DNA of 14,657 nt from Candidatus Bathyarchaeia archaeon (GTDB lineage: Archaea; Thermoproteota; Bathyarchaeia; Bathyarchaeales; Bathycorpusculaceae). The notes below the pieces were generated by a model, which saw only the letters and a program-made list of their open reading frames with translations, had not been told where the DNA came from and did no database searches. The position numbers and the translations under genes were made by a program. Each line of letters starts with the position of its first letter. Within the stretch, counting starts at the first letter, position 1. Shown in pieces: positions 1-7,742 of the stretch. The stretch covers positions 1 to 14,657 of the forward strand of contig JBEKKX010000051.1 in the NCBI GenBank assembly GCA_050010515.1, given 5' to 3'.

Positions 1-77
1 GTAAATTCTACCGTTCAATTGGCCAGGTCAATGCTGAAACAATCAAACGCTACATAGAACAATCTAAGCATCCATAA
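1..77 (+). CDS. tnpA: IS200/IS605-family Y1 (HUH) transposase TnpA, C-terminal fragment (5' part outside window)
   Basis: Frame from nt 3 reads KFYRSIGQVNAETIKRYIEQSKHP* (TAA 75-77). This matches the conserved TnpA C-terminus (y/f..svG.v..e.i.rYIe.Q) with the catalytic Tyr. Not in the supplied ORF track. Confidence 0.9.
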   Translation, partial: KFYRSIGQVNAETIKRYIEQSKHP

Positions 78-119
78 TTTTTCTGAAGATACCGCAACCG
101 TAAGGTTGCGGTCATTCAT
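1..119 (+). mobile_element. Right end of an IS200-type (tnpA-only) insertion sequence
   Basis: tnpA stop at 77, then hairpin ACCGCAACC-GTAA-GGTTGCGGT (91-112), then CATTCAT (probable TTCA/TCAT cleavage motif, ending about 118-119). There is no room for tnpB. Confidence 0.85.
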
Positions 120-1500
120 TTTGGTATTCTGCAAAGAATCCATCTTTGATTTTTTCCCATAAGCAGTTTATCAGGGTTCCGTCCATGCTGTTGGCTTTTT
201 CTTCTATCTTAGCACGTTGAAATGCCTTGGCGTTATCCGTGATTATGGTTCTTAAGTCAGGTTCGTATTCTGACAAGGCTAACATTGGTAATAATGTAGC
301 AATTAAACGGTGATCAGTTAAGTCGTCTATCCACTGTGACTTATCAATGTTAACGCTTTTGTAATAGATCATTCTGAGATAGATTAGCTTGTTCTGTAAT
401 TCGTAGCCTTCGTTAAGCATTTCGTCAGTTTCTAACACTGGGATTTTCTTGTCTGTAGCTTCACTATAGTAGGGTAAGGCCCTGCTCTCGGTTGCGTTGT
501 CATCAAACGGTTTACGCTGCGTACAGATTGTTATTCCGAAGTTTGCGAAGGTATCCGTGTATTTTGGGTTCTTTGGGTTTTGTCTGCTTACTGGTGTGCC
601 TGTAGCTCTACAGTTTAGGAAATGGATAAGTTCGCTTTTTTCGTTAGTGTTAGCGAAATCTGCCTCATCCAATACTAAAGTGCCTTGCCAAATGTCTAAT
701 GGTCTGTATAGGCTCGGTATTCTGTAGGTGCTCATTTCAAAATAGGGTCTATAACTGATTAATCGTAGAATGAAGGCTAGTCGGTTCTTTCCAGTTTGGC
801 TAGGTCCACGAATCGGGATAATAGGCGCGAATTTTCCAGCTCCAGCTATATCGTATTTTGGGTCTTTAACGAATCTATCAAGGAACCATGAACCAACAGT
901 AACACGTGTTAGCAAAGTAACTATGTTCTCTTGACCGCATGCATCATAAGCAGTTGAAGCTAACTTGTCTATGTCCTCAAATACTTCTTTAAAGCTAGTT
1001 TGTGTATAACCTGAAGGCACAATAACTAAGCCTTTCTTTAACGCTTCATTGTTTATAGGCACGTAAACTATGTTTTGCCCTTTCTTGTTTGTTTCACCTA
1101 ACCCGATTTCTTCCACGGTGTCGAAGGCTTTAGATGCAAAATTATATCTCAAGTATTGAGGATTTGCTTCTCTGTTCCATATTTCTTCAGCTATAAAATC
1201 AGCTGTTACGATTGAGGCTCGCTGAATGAATACATCTTTTTCTTCTTTCTCTCCGTCTTGCTCTGCCTTTATTCTTGCTGCATCGGCTAAGTCTTTTGCT
1301 GTCGGCTCAGTCATTTGGCTTTCTGATTTCTCGTTATTTTCTTGTTGTGATTCCTCTCTATGCTTTATGGGTTTAGCTGTTCTGTGTCCTTGCTCACAAG
1401 CATACCATTGTTGCTGGATATCATCTTTGTAACTCTCTATTACTGGGCCTTGGCAAGTTGGACATAATAAAATGATTTTTTCGGTGTCGGCGACGGTCAT
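112..1500 (-). CDS. Zn-ribbon plus P-loop NTPase, putative replicative helicase of the element; C-terminus probably truncated by the IS200 insertion
   Basis: Likely start is ATG 1500 (GAGGAG RBS, just after the stop of the upstream gene). N-terminal CPTC...CEQGH, Walker A GPSQTGKN, Walker B LVLDEAD. The context PSLYRPLD..GTLVLDEAD resembles helicases of mobile elements (DUF3631-associated type). The stop codon lies inside the IS right end. Confidence 0.75.
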   Translation of the reverse strand: MTVADTEKIILLCPTCQGPVIESYKDDIQQQWYACEQGHRTAKPIKHREESQQENNEKSESQMTEPTAKDLADAARIKAEQDGEKEEKDVFIQRASIVTADFIAEEIWNREANPQYLRYNFASKAFDTVEEIGLGETNKKGQNIVYVPINNEALKKGLVIVPSGYTQTSFKEVFEDIDKLASTAYDACGQENIVTLLTRVTVGSWFLDRFVKDPKYDIAGAGKFAPIIPIRGPSQTGKNRLAFILRLISYRPYFEMSTYRIPSLYRPLDIWQGTLVLDEADFANTNEKSELIHFLNCRATGTPVSRQNPKNPKYTDTFANFGITICTQRKPFDDNATESRALPYYSEATDKKIPVLETDEMLNEGYELQNKLIYLRMIYYKSVNIDKSQWIDDLTDHRLIATLLPMLALSEYEPDLRTIITDNAKAFQRAKIEEKANSMDGTLINCLWEKIKDGFFAEYQNE

Positions 1501-1504
1501 GGCT

Positions 1505-2389
1505 TCAGCTCTCCTCGTCAGGTGAATACGCATCATACCATTCTTCAAACTGTTCCTTCCATCGGTCAACGACTTCTTGACCGCGCCTCTGTTCTTCCAA
1601 CATTTCTATGAGTTTTTCTCTGTCAATGTATTTTCTGACGGCGTCTTGAATTAGAGTAATCATTCTGTCGGGTTCTATTGCTTCCAACTGAGTGTCTGGC
1701 AAATTCCACTCCCTTACTTGCTCATTGGTAAGAGCAACCCGAACAACTTCAGCGTCGACTTCAAAAAACTCAAAAGCATCTTGAATGTTCTTTGTCATGT
1801 TCCTGCCGTAGTCATCGGCGTCCGCGAAATGGAGAATTACTATTTTCCTACTAGTCTGTTTTAATCTCTGTGCAGACTCGTAAAAGTTACTCCATGAATT
1901 TCGTCCCCTGGTGAAATACAGCGTTACAGGATAGTTTTCCAAAGCCTTCTTGAACAGTGGTTGTAAGCCTTCATGCTCAGACCACACTTCAACTAGGTAT
2001 TCCTGATTTGTGTATTCGGGTTGATGATACCCAGATAAGCTATCTATGAAGTCCTTTGCCCAATATCTGATCCAATCTTCTGGCGTTAATTCCGTGTGAT
2101 ACTCTAACTTCGTTGGCTTTCTTGTTAGGTCAACAATTCTATCCCATTTTATCCATGCGTTTTTTCTGTGTTGGACAAGTTGCTTGTCCAGATATTGATA
2201 GTTGTTTTCCGTCTTGTCCAGCGAATATTTTCCTACTAGTCGATAAAAAATCTGTCTAATAGTAAGGGGTAGATCACCGTACTCTTTCAGTATTGCAGGA
2301 ATAGCGATTTCTATAATGTATGCCCATTTAGCCCCCAGTCCTTTTGGCCTTCCACTTTTACCCCTATGACGAATTTGAACTAGGTTCAT
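1505..2389 (-). CDS. Topoisomerase VI subunit A/Spo11-like protein (Mini-A type; 5Y-CAP plus Toprim)
   Basis: LTIRQIFYRL (catalytic-Tyr helix), WDRIVDLTR, Toprim Glu in VEVWSEH, DxD motif in ILHFADADDYG, and RVALTNEQVREWNLP / QLEAIEP motifs typical of this mobile-element family. Confidence 0.8.
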   Translation of the reverse strand: MNLVQIRHRGKSGRPKGLGAKWAYIIEIAIPAILKEYGDLPLTIRQIFYRLVGKYSLDKTENNYQYLDKQLVQHRKNAWIKWDRIVDLTRKPTKLEYHTELTPEDWIRYWAKDFIDSLSGYHQPEYTNQEYLVEVWSEHEGLQPLFKKALENYPVTLYFTRGRNSWSNFYESAQRLKQTSRKIVILHFADADDYGRNMTKNIQDAFEFFEVDAEVVRVALTNEQVREWNLPDTQLEAIEPDRMITLIQDAVRKYIDREKLIEMLEEQRRGQEVVDRWKEQFEEWYDAYSPDEES

Positions 2390-2613
2390 GGCTTGGGCTC
2401 CAGGTTAAGGTTTAGTGGGTCTTGCTTGGCTACGCTTGTGAATTTGCATATATCGCAAACTGTGATTTCTTGACGTAAAAGTGATGCTAAAGAGTTCTTG
2501 CTGATTAAGCCGATAAAATTCTTGTTTCCTTCATTGTCTAAAGTATAGACTTTGTAGGATCGCCCAGTGTTTGAAGGCATTACTAAGCCGGTAACGTAAA
2601 AGGTTCCTGGCAT
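2386..2613 (-). CDS. Hypothetical protein (75 aa)
   Basis: AGGTGA RBS upstream. ATGA overlap with the Mini-A start indicates translational coupling. Confidence 0.7.
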   Translation of the reverse strand: MPGTFYVTGLVMPSNTGRSYKVYTLDNEGNKNFIGLISKNSLASLLRQEITVCDICKFTSVAKQDPLNLNLEPKP

Positions 2614-2786
2614 GGTAGTTCTTCACCTATTATTTTTTTTGCGGTTGCAAACTGTTTGATTTGCTCAATTATGGCAAAACGATAAAATCCCGATATGCTT
2701 AACCCTAACTGCTTCCGTATTGCTTCAGCTTTTGCGTCTAGTTCGTTTGGCATCCAGATTACGCGTCTTTTGCCTTTTTCGGTCAT
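2583..2786 (-). CDS. Ribbon-helix-helix (CopG/Arc-like) DNA-binding protein
   Basis: KRRVIWMP (strand), NELDAKAEAIRKQLG (helix), LSISGFYRFAIIEQI (helix): classic RHH pattern. First gene of the leftward operon. Confidence 0.75.
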   Translation of the reverse strand: MTEKGKRRVIWMPNELDAKAEAIRKQLGLSISGFYRFAIIEQIKQFATAKKIIGEELPCQEPFTLPA

Positions 2787-2886
2787 AACATCATACCTAT
2801 GTAATTGACTTCTTAGTTATATATTCATAGGTTATTCAAAACTTATAAATACTTGCGTGTGTAGTTAAATACATAGATGAAAAACC
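2787..2886. promoter_or_regulatory. Divergent archaeal promoter region
   Basis: Plus-strand TATA-like TTATAAAT at 2843-2850, preceded by a purine run. Minus-strand ATATATAA at 2824-2817, about 30 nt before the RHH ATG. Confidence 0.55.
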
Positions 2887-3750
2887 GTGATAAAAAGAGG
2901 CATAGGCGCGGATCAAATAAAAAAATCCGAGTTATCAACACAAAAAATATTAGCAGTTCTAAAAGACGGTGCCTGGCATCGTTACATGGAGATTCTGAAA
3001 GAAACCAAAATCAGCCCTACAACATTAACCAAAAGACTTAAAGAATTAGAAAAAGGCATAGTGGAAAGAAAACTTGATACTGAAGGCAAAGAATATCCTC
3101 CTCCAGTGGCATATAGAATTAGGAACTCTGAATTAGCCTCAAGCATTGAAAAGGAAATAGAACAAGCTAAAAAAGTCGCTTCTCTGATATCTAAAAATAG
3201 AAATGTCACTTATTCAGCAATAGCCTATTTCCTTAAAACCGCGCAATTAAATTTTAACATACACTTACTTCTTAACTTACAGTTGTTTTTCTGGAAGGCT
3301 AAAAACGAAGGTGATCCGCGAACTGAAGAAGAAACAAAAGCATCCAGGGAAAATGCCTACACACAATATTTAGAGAGCCTAATAATGCCTAATTTTACAA
3401 ATTGGCTTAGCATACTTAAAGAAAAACTTGAGGATTTAGAAAAACAAGGGGTTAATGTTACAACTTTGTTAAGGGACGCAAACATTCAAGTAATGAAGGA
3501 TGGTCTTCCAGAATTTGGAATAATAGTGAAATTTCCCGAAAAAGACGTATGTACGCATGACGCGTCTGTGTCGGCTAAGTTCTCAGAGGAACTTCAAAAA
3601 CGGAAGGAAATTGACGCTAAAATTTTTGCGGTAATGTGTGATGGAAAACCACATACTGACGAGGAAATCAGCGAAAAAACTAAGCTGCCGGCTACCGAAA
3701 TATCGAGTTATTTTTCTCGTAGCAAAAAAGAAGCTGAGAAGGTGAGCTAA
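2887..3750 (+). CDS. Winged-helix transcriptional regulator (HxlR/ArsR-like N-terminal wHTH, probable second HTH at the C-terminus)
   Basis: KILAVLKDGAWHRYMEILKETKISPTTLTKRLKELEKGIVERK...VAYRI is a wHTH. C-terminal KIFAVMCDGKPHTDEEISEKTKLPATEISSYF resembles it. Confidence 0.75.
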   Translation: MIKRGIGADQIKKSELSTQKILAVLKDGAWHRYMEILKETKISPTTLTKRLKELEKGIVERKLDTEGKEYPPPVAYRIRNSELASSIEKEIEQAKKVASLISKNRNVTYSAIAYFLKTAQLNFNIHLLLNLQLFFWKAKNEGDPRTEEETKASRENAYTQYLESLIMPNFTNWLSILKEKLEDLEKQGVNVTTLLRDANIQVMKDGLPEFGIIVKFPEKDVCTHDASVSAKFSEELQKRKEIDAKIFAVMCDGKPHTDEEISEKTKLPATEISSYFSRSKKEAEKVS

Positions 3751-3753
3751 AAA

Positions 3754-4149
3754 ATGGTTGACCCTAACGTTATCGGTGCTTTTTTAGTTGTGGTCGTTGT
3801 TGGAATAATCGCTCTCTACGCGTGGTCGGACCTTAAAAAAAGACCTCAGTATTCAACAAGTTATCCCCCAAAACATGAACTCTCAGGGCAAAAATGCGAA
3901 AACTGTGGTGGCACTACTGAAAGATTAGACGCTGAAAAAATACGCTGCCAATATTGTGGCCGAGTTTTTGATAAACCCTTACCTGAGAAACCAGTAACCG
4001 TTAGGGAAACTCAAGAAGAAAGAAAACAAGAGAACAAACAAAAGCGCATAATTTGGGAATATGACCCGATAGAATATGAGTATGCCTCTAAAGACCCCTT
4101 ACTTGACTTCGCTGAAGATGCAAATAAGACACAAGAGAATGAGTATTAA
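3754..4149 (+). CDS. Membrane-anchored zinc-ribbon protein
   Basis: N-terminal hydrophobic helix VIGAFLVVVVVGIIALYAW, then CENCGG...CQYCG. AGGTGA RBS upstream. Confidence 0.75.
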   Translation: MVDPNVIGAFLVVVVVGIIALYAWSDLKKRPQYSTSYPPKHELSGQKCENCGGTTERLDAEKIRCQYCGRVFDKPLPEKPVTVRETQEERKQENKQKRIIWEYDPIEYEYASKDPLLDFAEDANKTQENEY

Positions 4150-4343
4150 CTAGGTGCTTCTAGTAAAGCCCAAAAAATAACTTTCTCTGATACCCTGCTT
4201 GGAACTGCTCCGCTATTAATTACTCTCCAACCTTCTTTCGCATGTTTGTTAAGTAAATCATTCCATATTCCAGTTTCTTTATCATGTAAAGGCTGTACGA
4301 TGTCATTGAAACTAAAAGTTTTTAGAATTGTCAAATATTTCAT
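4146..4343 (-). CDS. DUF4177-like small protein (65 aa)
   Basis: Start ATG 4343 with AGGAG RBS. MKYLTI...LLNKHAKEGWRVIN...IFWALLEAP matches the 'LN..g.eGW.lv' signature. Confidence 0.65.
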   Translation of the reverse strand: MKYLTILKTFSFNDIVQPLHDKETGIWNDLLNKHAKEGWRVINSGAVPSRVSEKVIFWALLEAPS

Positions 4344-4489
4344 AGTTCTCTCCTTCCACTTTGTTTTAAGTCTATTCGGTAAATTAAACATATCTTTAAA
4401 CAAGAAGTTAAAAGACTATTTCTTAGAGTTTGACTTGTGCGATAAGGTTAAGGTTGTAGAGAGTGGTTTATCGAGGGGTAATTGGTGCT

Positions 4490-4830
4490 ATGGCTGTTGA
4501 TAGTCCAAAATATACAAAAAATGCGATTGAGCACATACCGACATATATAGATAAGTAATTAAAAGAAGGATAAAAAAAGCTCCGATTGTTTGTTAACTAT
4601 GTTAATTCACTCTTAGACATGAAAGAAGGAATTGGAAATATTAACTAACCATACCTTTTAGTTGTGGATTCGCATTAAGTTATAGTTGCCACACAGCGTG
4701 ATAGCTGTAGAACGCAAATCGAAAACTGGGAGAGAACCAAAGAGGTTAAATACTTACGTAAACATACGGAAATTGTGCAATTGCTGTCATTGATGCATAA
4801 TTCATAAGAGATATAGCCAAAATGGGAATA
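4490..4830 (+). pseudogene. Possible decayed ORF
   Basis: ATG 4490 after a GAGGGG RBS-like tract. The frame reads protein-like (MAVDSPKYTKNAIEHIPTYIDK*LKEG*KKLRLFVNYVNSLLDMKEG...) but has several in-frame stops. No homolog recognised. Confidence 0.25.
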
Positions 4831-4851
4831 AGACAGTATAATAAGACAGTA
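4827..4851 (+). repeat. Tandem 12-bp direct repeat AATAAGACAGTA x2 (13-bp period)
   Basis: Copies at 4827-4838 and 4840-4851. Confidence 0.8.
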
Positions 4852-4902
4852 CACACGTATGTAGGAGATTACGTTTACAGAGAGTTAGGAGAGATATAAG
4901 AA

Positions 4903-5157
4903 ATGACTGAAATATTATCCATAAAAAACATGCCTGTTAGTTGTAAGATTTTCTTGCTTCAAGAACTTGGTTTTAGCTCAGATGGAACTTTTGTTTTAGA
5001 TAAAAAAGGCGAAAGAGTGTTAGATAAATACACGAATGAGCCTGTCCGACTTGCGAATATGGCAATACTACCTGGAAGTACTATAATATTGGACGATAAT
5101 CCTTTGAGTATCGCCTCGTTCTTGGAAGAATATGGAGATGTCATCCGATCCAGTTGA
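4903..5157 (+). CDS. Hypothetical protein (84 aa)
   Basis: AGGAG RBS, protein-like composition, overlaps the next gene. Confidence 0.75.
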   Translation: MTEILSIKNMPVSCKIFLLQELGFSSDGTFVLDKKGERVLDKYTNEPVRLANMAILPGSTIILDDNPLSIASFLEEYGDVIRSS

Positions 5158-5809
5158 AAGTGCAGCTAAAGGCGTAGCGGAAGCTTTTCTTGATTGGGCA
5201 CCAGAAAAAATAAAAGAATACGTCCAGAAATTCAGACATAAAGACCTTGCTTTTGTTCAAGATGTTGAGACAATCGAGGAAGCGCTAAAGCAGAGAAAGA
5301 CTACTGAATGTGCTATTTTTAAGCAAAATATTGAAGACGAAAACCTGCGTATTTGTTTTCTATTGGGATTAACTTTACGAGGAATGGAGAGCGATAAGGA
5401 AAAGTGCATAAACCTAAGAAACAGGATACTTAAGACACATGGCGCTTATGGATTACACGTAGCCCAGTTTGTTCAAAACGGTATTTTTGCAAAATTTATT
5501 GGTCGCTATTTAGAAGAGGCATTAACTCCAAACCAAATGAAACAAGAAATCGAAAACTTATTTAAAAATATTGAACTAACAAATAGTTTTATCCAATACG
5601 TCGATGACATAGGCATGGAAGCCAATAAGATAGTAACCAGAATCCAAAGTCATGCGCCTAAAACGTACGTAATTAGTGGATTAGGCTCAGTTAAGGAAAA
5701 CTGTCGAGAAATTGCTGACGAAGTTATGTATCGAATTTCTGGGTATTCCCGCGAAACTTACGAAACAGAATTGAAAATAATAATTTTCTTAAATAGAATT
5801 GAGAGTTAA
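5132..5809 (+). CDS. Hypothetical protein (225 aa)
   Basis: Long ORF coupled to the 84-aa gene and followed by a T-rich tract. No motif recognised. Confidence 0.8.
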   Translation: MEMSSDPVESAAKGVAEAFLDWAPEKIKEYVQKFRHKDLAFVQDVETIEEALKQRKTTECAIFKQNIEDENLRICFLLGLTLRGMESDKEKCINLRNRILKTHGAYGLHVAQFVQNGIFAKFIGRYLEEALTPNQMKQEIENLFKNIELTNSFIQYVDDIGMEANKIVTRIQSHAPKTYVISGLGSVKENCREIADEVMYRISGYSRETYETELKIIIFLNRIES

Positions 5810-5812
5810 AAA

Positions 5813-5825
5813 TCTTTTTTTCTTG
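5813..5825 (+). terminator. Oligo-T archaeal terminator candidate
   Basis: TCTTTTTTTCTT directly after the stop at 5809, between convergent genes. Confidence 0.4.
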
Positions 5826-5852
5826 ATTAAGCCTTTCGCTCTCCCCAAAAAC

Positions 5853-6608
5853 TTAGCTTATGGCTGCTCGCATTTTCTTAGCAAGGTTAGAGGCTCCCAG
5901 CCTTGAGTAGTGTAAAGCTGTGTTATAATCCAACCATCCAAAATATTCCATCAAGTCGGCTTCAGTAAAACCATAATCGCTTCTAAGTTCGCTTGCTCTC
6001 TGTGCTCTAAACCAATGCTGCCACAAGTGGATTATATCGCTAAGTTTGTCACCTGTTATTTTATCCCTGAAAGGCTGATTTAATCCTAGCTTGTTGAAAA
6101 GGGGTTTAGGTATTTCGTCATTCAAGCGCCTTATGAATTTATAGCCCCAACTTACAGTTAACGGTTTATGTCCTTTGTATGGGCTTGTGAAAAGTGGGCC
6201 TTTATCTAGAGAATCCAGTTGTTCTTGTAACAAGTTAGTTAAGGGTTCTTCTAGTAGAATTGGAAAAGGTTTTCGGATTGCGTTTATAGTTTCTGTATCT
6301 CGTTTGCCATTGAGTAAGAGTAAAGCCTTCTTTGTAATTGGATCTCGCTTAGTTCGATAACGTTTTTCTAAAAGCATATTTTGGCATAGCAATATTTTTT
6401 GGTGTTTGTTTACGCTAAAGTTTTCTCTAGTAAGATTAAGAACCTCTCCAGCTCTGCCTCCAGTTTTGATTAAGCTGTTTGTATAAAGTTCGTTGCGTGG
6501 TGTTCCGCTATATTTTATTAATTCTTCTATCGGTTCCCAACCGCAAAACTCATTGACATAATCGTAAACGTTTAGTCTATGATAACTTGTTAACGGTTGA
6601 ACTAGCAT
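5853..6608 (-). CDS. Tyrosine recombinase/integrase (essentially the catalytic domain only, 251 aa)
   Basis: TGGRAGEVL (Arg I), LEKR (Lys), HWFRAQRAS (HxxR), YFGW (H/W), TALHYSRL (catalytic Tyr). GGTGA RBS upstream of ATG 6608. Confidence 0.9.
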   Translation of the reverse strand: MLVQPLTSYHRLNVYDYVNEFCGWEPIEELIKYSGTPRNELYTNSLIKTGGRAGEVLNLTRENFSVNKHQKILLCQNMLLEKRYRTKRDPITKKALLLLNGKRDTETINAIRKPFPILLEEPLTNLLQEQLDSLDKGPLFTSPYKGHKPLTVSWGYKFIRRLNDEIPKPLFNKLGLNQPFRDKITGDKLSDIIHLWQHWFRAQRASELRSDYGFTEADLMEYFGWLDYNTALHYSRLGASNLAKKMRAAIS

Positions 6609-6665
6609 GGAAAAACGTCACCACTTTTTAACTCGTTTAGACTAGGTTTAGCGCTCACATTTTGC

Positions 6666-7742
6666 TTAGTCAATTTTGACATCTCCATATTTCTCTTTTA
6701 GAGCCTTGACTTTTTCGGCTTGTTGCTCTGGAGTGCGTGTTTGCATAATTATCTTGAGAGTTTCAAAACCTAAATCGGTTAAGTCATAACAGTAAGCGCT
6801 TGAGGTTCCAGGTTTCTTAGCTGGAGTTACTAGACTTCTCGATTTAGATTTCTTTAGAACTTCTAAGAGCTCAGGGTGTTTAAGGTGAATCCAATTTTTA
6901 TCAAGTGGGCCTCTAATTTGTATGAGGTCTAAAAATTCTATGTCTATTGGTTCTGAGCGCTTTATTATTTTTGCGCTTTCGTTATCAACCATACAATCTT
7001 TCATCATTTGCTTTAGTTCCTCAACTAATAGCAAACGGTTTTCGTCATATTCCTTGTAAACATCCATTGGAACCATATCAAACGTGAATGAATCTTGCCA
7101 TTTCTTTTTTGTTCTCGGAGCCCATGATCTAAAACTTTGTTCCCAATCACACTTATCATATTTTGCTAATCCCTTTGTTGGCACAAAAATTTCGCCAGTG
7201 TATTTGTCGGTTAACTGTTGGGTAATACTGTTTGCGGTGCCCATACTTGAAAGGAAAACACCGAAAGAAGTCGCTAAAGTGTCAATCATTCCTTTGAAAA
7301 TATCCATCGCGCTTGTGTGCTGGGTCACAGCTTTATTGAATCCAGCGCCAAAATCATCCGGCATAATTAGGGGTACTCGGTTATGAAGTAAGTTTCGTGT
7401 CCATATTCGGCAAGGAACACCATGATCCATATGATAAAGAATTTGGGAAAGGTTGTAAATGAAACTTTGTAAAACAGCATCCCAATCGCCATAAACCGCA
7501 AAGGCTATGTCCATTTGAACTGTCGTTTTTCCAGTTCTCGGTTTTCCGTGGATACAAATATTTTCCCAGCTATCCCCTAAAATAGCATCCCAAACGTCAA
7601 TAACTACTCTGGGAGCTGGGAGTTTTTCTTGAGCCTTTGCGCTGTGTGGATTTTCTTCTATTGCCTTATCAATTTCTTTAGCTGTCGCTATCCATTGTTC
7701 TGCTTGCGCTATGTTTATTCGATTATCTATTGATTCAATCAT
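6666..7742 (-). CDS. P-loop ATPase resembling fusellovirus SSV1 B251 / pSSVx ORF288, with C-terminal wHTH-like extension
   Basis: ICIHGKPRTGKTT (Walker A) followed by AVYGDW, and Walker B PLIMPDDFG, as I recall for the B251 family. C-terminal YCYDLTDLGFETLK is a wHTH wing signature. Confidence 0.7.
   Translation of the reverse strand: MIESIDNRINIAQAEQWIATAKEIDKAIEENPHSAKAQEKLPAPRVVIDVWDAILGDSWENICIHGKPRTGKTTVQMDIAFAVYGDWDAVLQSFIYNLSQILYHMDHGVPCRIWTRNLLHNRVPLIMPDDFGAGFNKAVTQHTSAMDIFKGMIDTLATSFGVFLSSMGTANSITQQLTDKYTGEIFVPTKGLAKYDKCDWEQSFRSWAPRTKKKWQDSFTFDMVPMDVYKEYDENRLLLVEELKQMMKDCMVDNESAKIIKRSEPIDIEFLDLIQIRGPLDKNWIHLKHPELLEVLKKSKSRSLVTPAKKPGTSSAYCYDLTDLGFETLKIIMQTRTPEQQAEKVKALKEKYGDVKID

Noticed and set aside
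91-112. Hairpin as a simple terminator or CRISPR repeat
   Set aside because: Context (tnpA end, TTCA/TCAT motif, matching hairpin at 14560) fits IS200 ends; there is no spaced repeat array anywhere in the window.
497-1432. Plus-strand ORFs 497-727 and 1226-1432
   Set aside because: Antisense shadows of the helicase gene with no motifs.
1501-1569. N-terminal 23-aa extension of the 485-aa ORF
   Set aside because: Overlaps the Mini-A gene; ATG 1500 has a good RBS and coupling geometry.
1505-2389. Wadjet JetD or genuine top6A assignment
   Set aside because: No jetABC/SMC genes or top6B nearby; length and motifs fit the mobile-element Mini-A type better.
2982-7386. ORFs 2982-3209(-), 4246-4500(+), 4959-5144(-), 6175-6360(+), 7084-7386(+)
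   Set aside because: Antisense to better-supported genes; composition is typical of shadow frames.
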